Source: Thermoplasmatota archaeon
GTDB lineage: Archaea > Thermoplasmatota > E2 > DHVEG-1
Direction of reading: 5' to 3'
DNA: 49,502 nt
NCBI GenBank assembly: GCA_016936135.1
Contig: JAFGPP010000127.1
Coordinates: forward strand, 1 to 49,502
This document shows positions 1 through 9,623 of this stretch, piece after piece. Each line of letters starts with the position of its first letter. Positions within the stretch are counted from its first letter, which is position 1. The position numbers and the translations under genes are program-made. A model generated the notes under the pieces. That model saw only the letters and a list, made by a program, of their open reading frames with translations, had not been told where the DNA came from and made no database searches.

Positions 1-63
1 AAAGAAGACGAATTTTTGCAAATAGTAGACTCTATAATAAAAGAACAATTAAAGGTTGAATAA
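1..63 (+). CDS. 3' end of an unidentified CDS (partial, runs off the window)
   Basis: Frame 1 is open from the window edge (KEDEFLQIVDSIIKEQLKVE) to TAA at 61-63, directly abutting the ATG of the next gene at 64. Confidence 0.25.
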   Translation, partial: KEDEFLQIVDSIIKEQLKVE

Positions 64-288
64 ATGAAAGTTAAATGTGAAATTATAATAGACTGTGATG
101 ACGAAAAAAAAATTTCTGATATTATGAAATCAGTTGATGTTGACAACTACAATTTTGTTAAAACAAAAAAAGAGGGAAATAAACTTATTGCTGAAATCAA
201 TAGTACCTCAATTTCTTCAATGATTCATACATTGGATGATTATCTTGCTTGTATTACAGTTGCAAAAAAAATCGTGGATAAAGATTAA
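64..288 (+). CDS. pcc1: KEOPS complex subunit Pcc1-like (74 aa)
   Basis: Size and pattern match small archaeal Pcc1/CTAG proteins: beta-rich N-terminus, then KLIAEINSTSISSMIHTLDDYLACITVAKKI, resembling the Pcc1 C-terminal helix motif. Recognised by eye only. Confidence 0.5.
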   Translation: MKVKCEIIIDCDDEKKISDIMKSVDVDNYNFVKTKKEGNKLIAEINSTSISSMIHTLDDYLACITVAKKIVDKD

Positions 289-315
289 TAATTATTTCCT
301 ATTGCTGGTGACACT

Positions 316-1818
316 ATGGAATTTGATTTAAAGGCTAGATTTTCGTTTAGTGGAGAAATTTCTTCAAAAAAGGATGAGATAAATAAATTCCTAAGTCATA
401 TATCCGATCAATTTCTGAAAAATGATGAAAATAACAGCTCAACAATTGAAATTCTAAAACTGGAAAAAAGCTTACTAATTTTTAACATTAAATCCGAAGG
501 AGTATTTCGTCCCCACAGCGTCATTTTACAGATTAAAAATTATTTTAGTAAAGAATTTGGCAGTAAATATCACATAGGAATTAGAGAAATTATTGTTGAA
601 TCCTATCAAATTTCATTTGAATTGGAAAAAGAAATTTTAAAAAAATTCTCAATTCCTTTTGCGGACTTAGATTTTCAAGGAAAGCAGGTTAAAATAAATT
701 TAAAAGACCTTGACGAAGAGTTTCTGAAAAGAAACTACATAGACAGAATGATAAACCGGGTAAAGGAAAAGGTTGAGGATCAGTATTACGAAGGGAAAGG
801 AGAATTTTGGAAATTAATCTGGAAATCTGATGAAAAAACACCCGTTTGGGAAAAAGATCCAACGGTTGAAATGGTAAGACTTGAATGGCTTAAACAGGGA
901 CCAACCAAAGGAAAATGGTTTTTTCGTCCGCAAGCAGCAGCAATTATGGAGGCAATGGAAAAAATTGCGATAAAGGAAATTTTGCAACCTTTGGGTTTTC
1001 AAGAGGTTATCGAATCCCACATTGTTCCTTTCGATATTTGGCTTAAAACAGGTCATCTTGAAGGCATGCCCGGGGAATTTTATTATGTTTCAGAACCAGC
1101 CACAAGAGATGTTGAAAAATGGGAGAGATTTGTAGACCTTACAAAAATTACAAAGACTGTGCCATTTGATGAACTCAAAGAAAATTTAAGCATTCCTTCC
1201 GCAGGTATCTGCTATGCTCAGTGCCCGATGATTTATTGGTCTTTCAAGGGAAAAACGATTGCAGAGGAATCATTACCAATTTTAATTTATGATAAAACCG
1301 CAATTTCAAATCGATACGAATCTGGGGGCAGGCACGGTATTGAACGCGTAGATGAATTTCATCGTATCGAACCTGTTTATATCGGTACAAAAGAACAACT
1401 TTTAAAGCTTAGAGAAAAAATGCTGGAAAGATACAAGCACGTATTCAACAACATTTTTGATCTTGAATGGAGAATGGCTTGGGTTACACCTTGGTACATG
1501 CAGCAGGCAGGAAAGACACATGATGAAAGCACCCAAGAAACAGGAACAATAGATTTTGAAGCATATATGCCTTATAGGGGCAATAGAGCCGATTCAGAAT
1601 GGCTTGAATTCCAGAACTTAAGCATTCTTGGGGAAAAATACATCAAGGTATTTACAATAAAGGCACAAAAAAGTGATTTGTGGAGCGGATGCTCGGGAAT
1701 CGGTCTTGAAAGGTGGACCACAGCATTTTTGGCACAAAAAGGTCTTGATCCGGATAAATGGCCAGATGGTTTTAAAAAATATTTAGGCAACCTTCCAGAG
1801 GGTATTAGATTTCTATAG
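316..1818 (+). CDS. serS: Seryl-tRNA synthetase, atypical methanogen-type
   Basis: 500 aa with an N-terminal tRNA-binding-like domain. Stretches typical of the rare methanogen-type SerRS: DLDEEFLKRNYIDRMINRV, GRHGIERVDEFHRIE, GCSGIGLERWTTAFLAQKGLDPDKWP. It lacks the bacterial-type coiled-coil N-terminus. Confidence 0.85.
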   Translation: MEFDLKARFSFSGEISSKKDEINKFLSHISDQFLKNDENNSSTIEILKLEKSLLIFNIKSEGVFRPHSVILQIKNYFSKEFGSKYHIGIREIIVESYQISFELEKEILKKFSIPFADLDFQGKQVKINLKDLDEEFLKRNYIDRMINRVKEKVEDQYYEGKGEFWKLIWKSDEKTPVWEKDPTVEMVRLEWLKQGPTKGKWFFRPQAAAIMEAMEKIAIKEILQPLGFQEVIESHIVPFDIWLKTGHLEGMPGEFYYVSEPATRDVEKWERFVDLTKITKTVPFDELKENLSIPSAGICYAQCPMIYWSFKGKTIAEESLPILIYDKTAISNRYESGGRHGIERVDEFHRIEPVYIGTKEQLLKLREKMLERYKHVFNNIFDLEWRMAWVTPWYMQQAGKTHDESTQETGTIDFEAYMPYRGNRADSEWLEFQNLSILGEKYIKVFTIKAQKSDLWSGCSGIGLERWTTAFLAQKGLDPDKWPDGFKKYLGNLPEGIRFL

Positions 1819-1923
1819 AAAAATTGAAAAAAAAGATTTGGCATTTGAGAAGAAAACAAAGATAGAATTTAAACAAATTTAATGAGAAAAACCTTTAAAG
1901 ACTAAACGTTATCCAACCATCCC

Positions 1924-3168
1924 ATGGCCAAACGCAGGAAGGAAAAAACAGAGGAAGAGGAACTAGATTTTAAGTTCCCAAAATTCGACGAAGAAAATTT
2001 CATAAAAAAGGAACGCAGAAATATCAAGGCAACTTTTATTTCGTTTTTATTTGGAATTGTTCTGGCAATTATTTCTTTTGGCTTTTGGTCCTTGTTGAAA
2101 GGAAATCCATTTCGGTGGGAGTTAGCACTTTTGTTTGGGGTTTTCAATGCATCATGGTTAAAATATTTATTTATTAAGCTAAACATTGATCTTACCGACT
2201 TTGGAAAAAGTAAATGGTTGTCAGCGTATGCAACTTATTTTTTTACATGGTTTGTAGTGCTAATGGTTGTTGTTAATCCCCCGTTTTATGATGACGAAGC
2301 TCCAGTAATTGAAATTGTATTGCTTCCTGGAATTCAAGAACCTGGCGGGACAGTGAAAATTATTGGAAGAATTATGGACAATGTTGAGGTTAAAGATATA
2401 GATTTTAGTATTATTTCTCCCGATGGAAGCACTCAAAATATAAGTAATTTTGATTTTGAAAATGATATTTTTAACTATGTATATGAATATAATGAAAATA
2501 TCATTCTTGATTCTGAATATATATATAAAATAAAAGCAATTGACGTAAATGGTTTTTCTTCTGAAAAAGAAGGAAATTTCAAATTTTCAAAATCTACAAT
2601 TGTTTTAACAACACCTGAAAATAAAAGTGATTTGCATTCTTATACACCAATTGAATTTAGAGTAAATGAAAATGTGTATGAGCCCAGTTCGTTGGAAATT
2701 AGTGGAAATACATTTAAACCTGATTTCAGAGTTTACTACAGACTTAATCAGGGACCAGAAATCAATGTAAGTAGACTGGAGCCAAATAACCGGGTAAATT
2801 ACAGGACAACAGCCGAGTATGAAGGGTGGAATCAAAGCGTAAATGTTACATTAAATGCATATGTTGAGGTCACTCACTACTTCCCGAATTTACTTAGGAA
2901 ATTTAACAATACAATAAAAGATACGGATTACTATCAGTTTGATACTCTTGACGATCCTGCTATCGGGCAGAAAGATAAATTAATTCCTCCAAGAAGTAAT
3001 TTACCTCTTAATCATAAGGATCAACCCAGTAACATACTAAATTACTATGTTCCAGGACCACAGATATATGCAGTACCCGGCTTTGAGTTACTAGTATTTG
3101 TTGTATCTATTTGTGCAGTAGCTCTAATCTTTAAGTATAAGAAGAAGGATAAAAGTCGCAAACAATGA
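1924..3168 (+). CDS. Membrane/surface protein with a PGF-CTERM-like C-terminal anchor
   Basis: Charged N-terminus, about 3 predicted TM segments, and a beta-rich N/S/T/Y-rich ectodomain. The terminus is AVPGFELLVFVVSICAVALIFKYKKKDKSRKQ (PGF + hydrophobic helix + basic tail). Confidence 0.55.
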   Translation: MAKRRKEKTEEEELDFKFPKFDEENFIKKERRNIKATFISFLFGIVLAIISFGFWSLLKGNPFRWELALLFGVFNASWLKYLFIKLNIDLTDFGKSKWLSAYATYFFTWFVVLMVVVNPPFYDDEAPVIEIVLLPGIQEPGGTVKIIGRIMDNVEVKDIDFSIISPDGSTQNISNFDFENDIFNYVYEYNENIILDSEYIYKIKAIDVNGFSSEKEGNFKFSKSTIVLTTPENKSDLHSYTPIEFRVNENVYEPSSLEISGNTFKPDFRVYYRLNQGPEINVSRLEPNNRVNYRTTAEYEGWNQSVNVTLNAYVEVTHYFPNLLRKFNNTIKDTDYYQFDTLDDPAIGQKDKLIPPRSNLPLNHKDQPSNILNYYVPGPQIYAVPGFELLVFVVSICAVALIFKYKKKDKSRKQ

Positions 3169-4196
3169 AAGAATTAGAAAATTGGTCTAGAGAACTTAAA
3201 AAAAATTATACACCATACGAACAAGACTCATCAAAACCGGTAAGCTGCTGGAATGAAAAAGACGTAATTTCGGGAAAAATTGTTGATGCTTTTGTAATAA
3301 TTTTGAAAACAAGAGGTTGCAGTTGGGCACATAATTCCGGATGTTCGATGTGTGGTTATTTTAACGACAGCTTGTGGAGAGATAGTTCAAATGAAGAAAT
3401 TATCAATCAAATAAATTATGCAATGGAAAAATATTCAGATCAAAAGTTTGTAAAAATTTTTACCTCTGGAAGTTTTTTGGACGATGAAGAGATAAATCCA
3501 GAGCTAAGATTTGAAATAATTGGAAAAATTTCTAAAAAGGCAAAAAAAATATCCTTTGAATCAAGACCTGAATACATTACAAGCGAAAAAATTACTAGCA
3601 TTAAAAGCAAATTTCAAAGAAATATTTTTGAAGTAGGTATGGGACTTGAAAGTTCAAGTGACTATATAAGAGATCGTGCGATAAACAAAGGTTTTAACTT
3701 TAGCGATTATAAAGATGCGGCCTTATTACTGAAAAAATCTGGTTGGGAAGTAAAGACATATGTGCTTGTAAAACCACCATTTTTAACAGAAAAACAAGCA
3801 ATTGATGATTGCAACCAAACCATTAAAAAAATTAAAAATTTGACTGACACAGTTTCATTGAATCCAACAAATGTTCAAAGTAACACTATTGTTGAATACC
3901 TTTGGAAAAGAGGGCAATATCGGCCCCCGTGGCTATGGAGTATCGTTGAAATATTGAAAAATGCAAAGAAAACATTAAAAGATGTAAGAATCAAATGTGA
4001 CATTGTTGGTGGTGGGGGTATAAGAGGAGCACATAATTGCAGATTATGCGATAAAGGTTTTTTACAATCAATTAATGAATTTTCTCTTCTTCAGGATTTA
4101 ACATTATTTGATGATTTGAATTGCGGATGCTTCGATAAGTGGGTTGATTGTCTAAATTTCGAACGATTTGGATTTGGTTCGCTTGTGGATATGTGA
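3165..4196 (+). CDS. Radical SAM protein, TIGR01210/RaSEA-like (possible archaeosine biosynthesis partner)
   Basis: Cys cluster GCSWAHNSGCSMCGY, about 340 aa, archaeal context beside trmI. ATGA start/stop overlap with the upstream gene. The family call is from memory of the TIGR01210 pattern. Confidence 0.5.
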   Translation: MKELENWSRELKKNYTPYEQDSSKPVSCWNEKDVISGKIVDAFVIILKTRGCSWAHNSGCSMCGYFNDSLWRDSSNEEIINQINYAMEKYSDQKFVKIFTSGSFLDDEEINPELRFEIIGKISKKAKKISFESRPEYITSEKITSIKSKFQRNIFEVGMGLESSSDYIRDRAINKGFNFSDYKDAALLLKKSGWEVKTYVLVKPPFLTEKQAIDDCNQTIKKIKNLTDTVSLNPTNVQSNTIVEYLWKRGQYRPPWLWSIVEILKNAKKTLKDVRIKCDIVGGGGIRGAHNCRLCDKGFLQSINEFSLLQDLTLFDDLNCGCFDKWVDCLNFERFGFGSLVDM

Positions 4197-4201
4197 CAGT
4201 T

Positions 4202-4969
4202 ATGACTGAAGAAATTTCAAAAGGAGAAAGTGTGGTTTTAATTGATTCTTCTTATAAAAAAATCATTATTGACACAACTGAAAAAACTGATAAGTTCAAA
4301 GGCGTTGGAGTATTTGATCCTTCAATTCTAGTTGGTAAAAAATACGGCGAAAAAATTACAATTGGCTCAAAGGAATTCTGGATTTTTAGACCATCTGTAA
4401 TGGATAAGTTACATTCGTTAAAAAGGATGGCTCAAATTATTTTACCGAAGGATTCAGCACACATTATTTTGAATTGTTCTATAGAAAACGGGCAAACGGT
4501 TTTGGAAGCTGGAATTGGTTCCGGGTCTCTAACGATTGCTCTTGCAACTGCAGTTGCTCCGGATGGAAAAGTTATCTCATATGACACAAGAAAAGATTTT
4601 ATTAGTCACGCAATAAAAAATCTTGAAAAAGCCAGATTGGACCAATATGTAAAGACAAAACAAAAAGATATTACAAAAGGAATCGATGAAAAAGATCTAG
4701 ACGCAGTAATTATTGATATCCCAAATCCTTGGGATGCCATCAATCATTCATGGACTGCACTTAAACCAGGCGGCTATTTGTGTTGTTATTCTCCTCTTAT
4801 TTCACAGGTTGAAAAAGCTGTTTTTTCTATAAGAGAAAACAAGTTTATTGAAATAAAAACCGTTGAAAATATTCAAAGAGAAATGATAATCTCGGAACAT
4901 GGTACACGCCCAAGCTTTGACATGTTAGGTCACACAGGATACCTTACATTTGCAAGAAAAATAATCTAA
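4202..4969 (+). CDS. trmI: tRNA (adenine57/58-N1)-methyltransferase TrmI (GCD14 family)
   Basis: LEAGIGSGSLTIALATAVAPDGKVISYD SAM-binding motif, DAVIIDIPNPW, LKPGGYL, C-terminal HTGYLTFARKI; collinear with Pyrococcus TrmI as I recall it. I place the start at ATG 4202. The track ORF start at 4148 overlaps the previous gene. Confidence 0.85.
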   Translation: MTEEISKGESVVLIDSSYKKIIIDTTEKTDKFKGVGVFDPSILVGKKYGEKITIGSKEFWIFRPSVMDKLHSLKRMAQIILPKDSAHIILNCSIENGQTVLEAGIGSGSLTIALATAVAPDGKVISYDTRKDFISHAIKNLEKARLDQYVKTKQKDITKGIDEKDLDAVIIDIPNPWDAINHSWTALKPGGYLCCYSPLISQVEKAVFSIRENKFIEIKTVENIQREMIISEHGTRPSFDMLGHTGYLTFARKII

Positions 4970-4980
4970 AAATTTGAGTT

Positions 4981-5682
4981 ATGTATGATCCGATAGAATT
5001 GTCAAAAAAGACAGAAGAAATAGTTGTTCGTAATAAATCAAAAAAATACTATAGATTTAGACCAACGGGATTTTATGGAGGAATATCAACTGCTGATACT
5101 GTTGGATGTAATCTGAGATGTGTTTTTTGCTGGTCAAGTAACAGTGTCTGGAACGCACCCAATTCTAGTAATTTTTTCACTTCCGAAGAGGTTGCAAACA
5201 ATCTTTGTGAAATTGCATTCAAAAAAAATTTCCGCCAGGTTCGGGTTTCTGGTGGAGAACCTACAATTGGCAGAGCCCATTTAATCGAATTGCTAAAACT
5301 TATTCCAGATAACCTGCTTTTTATCTTGGAAACAAATGGCATTTTACTGGGTTATGATAAAAGTTATGCATCAGATTTATCAAAATTTAGTAACCTGCAT
5401 GTTCGTGTTTGTCTTAAAGGAGCAACTCTTGAAGAATTTAAAGTTCTAACTGGGGCAAAAAATGGATTTGAATACCAGTTGAAAGCACTAGAAAATTTAA
5501 GAGATGAAAAAATAAATTTCAATGTAGCATTAGTTTCAGTAAGTAAAGAAAAGCATTCTTTGTTTGAACGATTGCAAGATATGAAGTTGGGTAAAATAAT
5601 GATTGAAGATGAAGAAATTACATTATATCCAAAGGTAAAAAATAGACTTGAAAAACTAGGGATGTTAGATCTCTTTAGATAA
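4981..5682 (+). CDS. Small radical SAM protein (CX3CX2C)
   Basis: GCNLRCVFCWS 4Fe-4S/SAM cluster motif and the GGEPT glycine-rich SAM motif (VSGGEPTIG). 233 aa. Substrate unknown. Confidence 0.6.
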   Translation: MYDPIELSKKTEEIVVRNKSKKYYRFRPTGFYGGISTADTVGCNLRCVFCWSSNSVWNAPNSSNFFTSEEVANNLCEIAFKKNFRQVRVSGGEPTIGRAHLIELLKLIPDNLLFILETNGILLGYDKSYASDLSKFSNLHVRVCLKGATLEEFKVLTGAKNGFEYQLKALENLRDEKINFNVALVSVSKEKHSLFERLQDMKLGKIMIEDEEITLYPKVKNRLEKLGMLDLFR

Positions 5683-6159
5683 TTTAATTCCTCGCTGGTT
5701 TTGGTAATTGCCGGATTTCTTGTCATAAAGTTCAGAAGGACGTGTAAGTAGTTTTTCAAATACAATTTGACAGAATCTATCTCCAATTGGAATTTCGATT
5801 TCGGTATCGTTTGCATTAAAACAGCTTATTGTTAATGTACCGTGAAAACCTGCATCAACCTTTCCAAAACTCGCCATGATTCCCTTTCTTGCGTAACTAG
5901 AACGAATCCACAATTGTGATGTAATTTGTGATCCTATTTTTACATATTCTTTTGTACTAATTGCAAACCATGAAAGAGGAGGAATAATTGCAATACCTTC
6001 CTTTACGTGCTCATCTCTTTTTTTTATATATATTTCATCAATTGATAAGTCATATCCGTTTGGAGTAAGATTTGAAGAATTAAACGGCTCGATTCCCAAA
6101 TAATTTAAACTTATTGCTTCTTCTATGTCAGAATCTGAAAGAATTGCCATAAACATCAC
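5665..6159 (-). CDS. dCTP deaminase family protein, short form (likely archaeal dUTP diphosphatase)
   Basis: ILSDSDIEEAI...IEPF...PNGYDLSI N-terminus, VDAGFHGTLTISCFN, IGDRFCQIVFE and GNYQNQRG are typical of the Dcd/Dut trimeric fold. The start may be one of the internal Met codons (MMFMAIL). The 3' end overlaps the convergent radical SAM gene by 18 nt. Confidence 0.7.
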   Translation of the reverse strand: MMFMAILSDSDIEEAISLNYLGIEPFNSSNLTPNGYDLSIDEIYIKKRDEHVKEGIAIIPPLSWFAISTKEYVKIGSQITSQLWIRSSYARKGIMASFGKVDAGFHGTLTISCFNANDTEIEIPIGDRFCQIVFEKLLTRPSELYDKKSGNYQNQRGIKLSKEI

Positions 6160-6164
6160 AATTA

Positions 6165-6644
6165 TTATGATTTAATGTTAATGCTATTAATTATTACCTC
6201 TTTAAGCGGTCTATCATTACGGTCTGTTTGAATCTTGGAGATATTTGTTACAATCTCCATTCCATCTACTACTTTTCCAAATACAGAATGATGATTATCA
6301 AGCCAAGGAGTTGGAGCAACAGTTATAAAAAATTGAGACCCCCCTGTATTGGGTCCGGCGTTAGCCATTGAAAGCATTCCGGGAGAATTGTGTTTTAAAT
6401 CAGGATGAAATTCGTCAGGTATCGTATAACCCGGTCCACCTCTTCCGGTACCCTCGGGACAACCACCTTGTATCATGAATCCCTTTATAACTCTATGAAA
6501 AATAATTCCATTGTAAAACCCATCTCCAACAAGCTTTAAGAAATTATTAACTGTCTTTGGCACTCTATTTTCAAAGAGTTCTATTTCGAAATTTCCCATA
6601 TTTGTTTTAAACTCAGCTATTTTATTGTCCATATTTTTTTTCAC
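6165..6644 (-). CDS. Cyclophilin-type peptidyl-prolyl cis-trans isomerase (cytoplasmic)
   Basis: [50 protein letters not shown] and HSVFGKVV are classic cyclophilin motifs. Confidence 0.85.
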   Translation of the reverse strand: MKKNMDNKIAEFKTNMGNFEIELFENRVPKTVNNFLKLVGDGFYNGIIFHRVIKGFMIQGGCPEGTGRGGPGYTIPDEFHPDLKHNSPGMLSMANAGPNTGGSQFFITVAPTPWLDNHHSVFGKVVDGMEIVTNISKIQTDRNDRPLKEVIINSINIKS

Positions 6645-6652
6645 ATCCTTAA

Positions 6653-7321
6653 TTATTCAATAGTAATACTATTAATGATGATGTCCTCACTTGTAGGTCT
6701 TCCACCACCAACCGACCCATAACTACTATCATGTGGTTCATCAGCTATATCTCGAACAACATCTATTCCTGATATTGTAACACCAAAAACTGCATATCCT
6801 CCATCAAGACCACTTTGTGCACCATCACATATGAAAAACTGTGCACTGCCTCCGACACCCCAACCTGTGCTTGCCATTGATATCGCTCCATCAACATGAA
6901 GTAGGCTTGAATCAGATTCAAAATCAATATTTCCATAAGGGCTTTCTTTAGTACTGCCATCAGGATATGTATTCCCTGCTTGAATCATGAAATCATCCAT
7001 AACACGATGAAAGATCATACCATCATAGAAGCCGTCATTGACAAGCTTTTCAAAATTTTCACAGGTTTTAGGAACTTTATCTTTAAATAACTCAACTTTG
7101 AATTCGCCAAGGGAAGTATCAAAAACGGCAACGGGGTTTTTCACCTCTGGTTGATTATCACCACTATTTGCGTAAAGTAGTATCAATACAGATGCTATTA
7201 TTACTACAATTACCAAAGCAGCAACTGCTATATACTTTGAGCGCGAATTCATTTTTTTAGGTTCTATTGGTCTAGATCTCCTTCTATCACTACTGACTTT
7301 TTTAGCTGACATACTAAACAT
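6653..7321 (-). CDS. Membrane-anchored cyclophilin-type PPIase (extracytoplasmic catalytic domain predicted)
   Basis: Basic N-terminus, one TM segment ([21 protein letters not shown]), then a cyclophilin domain ([27 protein letters not shown]). Confidence 0.75.
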   Translation of the reverse strand: MFSMSAKKVSSDRRRSRPIEPKKMNSRSKYIAVAALVIVVIIASVLILLYANSGDNQPEVKNPVAVFDTSLGEFKVELFKDKVPKTCENFEKLVNDGFYDGMIFHRVMDDFMIQAGNTYPDGSTKESPYGNIDFESDSSLLHVDGAISMASTGWGVGGSAQFFICDGAQSGLDGGYAVFGVTISGIDVVRDIADEPHDSSYGSVGGGRPTSEDIIINSITIE

Positions 7322-7445
7322 GGAAATACATAGTCTTATTAAAAATTATTTCAAAATTTTATTGGTCTATTTTTTCTTTAAAAATTTTAATACTTTTATT
7401 TAACCCACAGATACATATTTATTATAAATTTCCATAATACAACTA

Positions 7446-8729
7446 TTGAGAAACCAAACTATAAAACAAGTTTTAAAAGATAAAAAAATTTTCAACCAAC
7501 CAGAAGAAAAACCAACAAGCTTCTGTGCACTTTGTCGAGGAACAAAACTATTGTGCGGGAAAGCCCGATGTCCGGTTTTACTAAAATTCCACTCGCGTGA
7601 TAAGATCAAACCACTAGTTGATAAATTAACCATTGGTGGAGCTTCACCACCTAGTGTATTTATTGGAAGATACGGATATCCAAAAATCTCAATCGGACCA
7701 ATGATTCCACCAATTATGGGGGATACCTCTATTCTGGATTCGCCTGAGCAATGGATGAGCAGAAGTATCGATGAAATTGTAGATTTTCGCTCAATGCTGA
7801 TAAGAGGAAAATATACTGTAAAAGCAAATGATGTTAATAATTCCAATAAAATTGTAGAATTTACTAGAGAACTTGGTCTTTCAAAAAATAGTGTTTATAC
7901 AGAGGCAATATTTCAAAAAAAACCAAAAGGCAGGATAATTTTTTATGATGAAGTTCAGCCACACGGCCCGTCAGCACCCTTAAAAACATTTGATATATCA
8001 AATCCGAAGTATGATCAGAGAATCGAAAAAGCATTTTATGACACTGATTTAAAGGCCAAACCTGCAGTACTTGATTTGTTTAAAAATGGTGTTAATGTAT
8101 CTAAAATTCAAAGGGCATTTAGTGTGGGGGGATTTGGAGTCAATAAATATAGGCGGTTTGTTCCTACAAGATGGAGTATTACAGCAGTTGATGATATTTT
8201 AGGCAAAAACCTAATGGAAAAAACAAAAACAAAGCCATTGATTAATGAATATAGAACCTATTTTCTTAATCAATTTGACAACCGATGGATAATACTTATG
8301 ATGCCGACAGAATGGCAATATGAACTTATTGAAGCATGGTACCCAAATACTACCTGGAATCCGTACGGCTCATCTATATCTATTTTCAATAGTTTCGAGT
8401 TTTATAAGGGAAGAACAGATTATGCAGAAATTGGTGGATGTTATTATGCCGCTAGACTTGCAGTAAACGAACTACTAAATTCCGAAAATCACCAAGCTGG
8501 AATTGTAATTTTCAGAGAGGCACATCCCGGTTACATCATGCCAGTTGGGGTCTGGAATGTTAGGGAAAGTGTCAGAAAGGCTCTAAAAGTAACTTGTCAA
8601 AAATACCAAACCTTAACAGAAGCGTTTGATTTTATTCAAAAAAAAATGGACATTCCTATTGACAGATGGATTCGCAATAGTGCTATACTTAAAAACAGAT
8701 TACATCAGAAAAGACTTGAGGATTTTTAA
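7446..8729 (+). CDS. Nre-like protein (DUF650/DUF651 archaeal DNA-repair-associated family)
   Basis: N-terminal Cys cluster CALCRGTKLLCGKARCPVL, about 430 aa, C-terminal GGCYYAARLAV...PGYIMPVGVWNVRE. Apparent TTG start, with no in-frame ATG near the N-terminus. Family recognised from memory. Confidence 0.5.
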   Translation: MRNQTIKQVLKDKKIFNQPEEKPTSFCALCRGTKLLCGKARCPVLLKFHSRDKIKPLVDKLTIGGASPPSVFIGRYGYPKISIGPMIPPIMGDTSILDSPEQWMSRSIDEIVDFRSMLIRGKYTVKANDVNNSNKIVEFTRELGLSKNSVYTEAIFQKKPKGRIIFYDEVQPHGPSAPLKTFDISNPKYDQRIEKAFYDTDLKAKPAVLDLFKNGVNVSKIQRAFSVGGFGVNKYRRFVPTRWSITAVDDILGKNLMEKTKTKPLINEYRTYFLNQFDNRWIILMMPTEWQYELIEAWYPNTTWNPYGSSISIFNSFEFYKGRTDYAEIGGCYYAARLAVNELLNSENHQAGIVIFREAHPGYIMPVGVWNVRESVRKALKVTCQKYQTLTEAFDFIQKKMDIPIDRWIRNSAILKNRLHQKRLEDF

Positions 8730-8738
8730 AGTGGTGTT

Positions 8739-9536
8739 ATGAATATTTGTGAAATAACCTGTAAAACTGCATTATCTTTCTCAAGGTTACCAGGACTGGA
8801 TTATTCGTTGAACCCCTATGTTGGTTGTGAACACGGTTGCAAGTATTGTTACGTACCTAATGTTTTGAAAATTTCAAGAAATAATTGGGGTACCTTTGTT
8901 GATGTAAGAATTAATATGCCACTGATTCTAGCAAAGGAACTTAAAAACAAAAAACCAGGCGTTGTAGGTATCTCTACTGTAACTGATTCGTACCAGCCTT
9001 TGGAAAAAAAATACAAAATAACTAGATACTGTTTAGAGCAGCTTTTAAAATATGATTTTCCAATTTGTATACAAACAAAATCTTTGCTAGTTAATAGAGA
9101 TGTAGATTTGATTACAAAATTTTCTGATGCAGAAGTTATGGTAAGTATTGGTACAAGTGATGACGAACAAAGACTATTGCTAGAACCAAGATCATCAAGC
9201 ATATCAGATAGACTTGAGGTTTTAAAAAAATTTTCTGAAACAGGTGTGAAAACAAGCGTTTTTTTTGGACCGATTTATCCAACGGTTTCATTAAAACAAG
9301 CAATTGATCTAATTGATAAATTTGTTGAAAGTGGGGCATCGGAAATTATGATTGACAGCTTACATATGAAACCTGGAATTGAACAAATTATAAAAAATTC
9401 ACTTACCTCAAGACAAGACCTATTGAAATTTTTCCCAACAGATAAAATAGGATTAAAAAACCGATTTATGGAATTGAAAGCACCCATTCTGAATTATTCA
9501 AAAGAAAGGAATGTTAAAATCATCGAGGCTTTCTAA
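8739..9536 (+). CDS. Radical SAM protein, SplB/DNA-photolyase-like (COG1533-type)
   Basis: LNPYVGCEHGCKYCYVP is the typical COG1533 cluster motif. 265 aa. Lies 9 nt downstream of the Nre-like gene. Confidence 0.6.
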   Translation: MNICEITCKTALSFSRLPGLDYSLNPYVGCEHGCKYCYVPNVLKISRNNWGTFVDVRINMPLILAKELKNKKPGVVGISTVTDSYQPLEKKYKITRYCLEQLLKYDFPICIQTKSLLVNRDVDLITKFSDAEVMVSIGTSDDEQRLLLEPRSSSISDRLEVLKKFSETGVKTSVFFGPIYPTVSLKQAIDLIDKFVESGASEIMIDSLHMKPGIEQIIKNSLTSRQDLLKFFPTDKIGLKNRFMELKAPILNYSKERNVKIIEAF

Positions 9537-9623
9537 AAATATTTTGATTTATAGATTTTAGCGTGATTTTTAGCTTCTATATTTAAATACTACAAATTCT
9601 TTTTATTAAAGGGGAACTATATT

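Noticed and set aside
4148-4201. N-terminal extension of trmI as drawn in the ORF track (MSKFRTIWIWFACGYVTV...).
   Set aside because: It overlaps the 3' end of the preceding radical SAM gene. Homologous TrmI proteins, as I recall them, start near the MTEEISKGESVVL position (ATG 4202).
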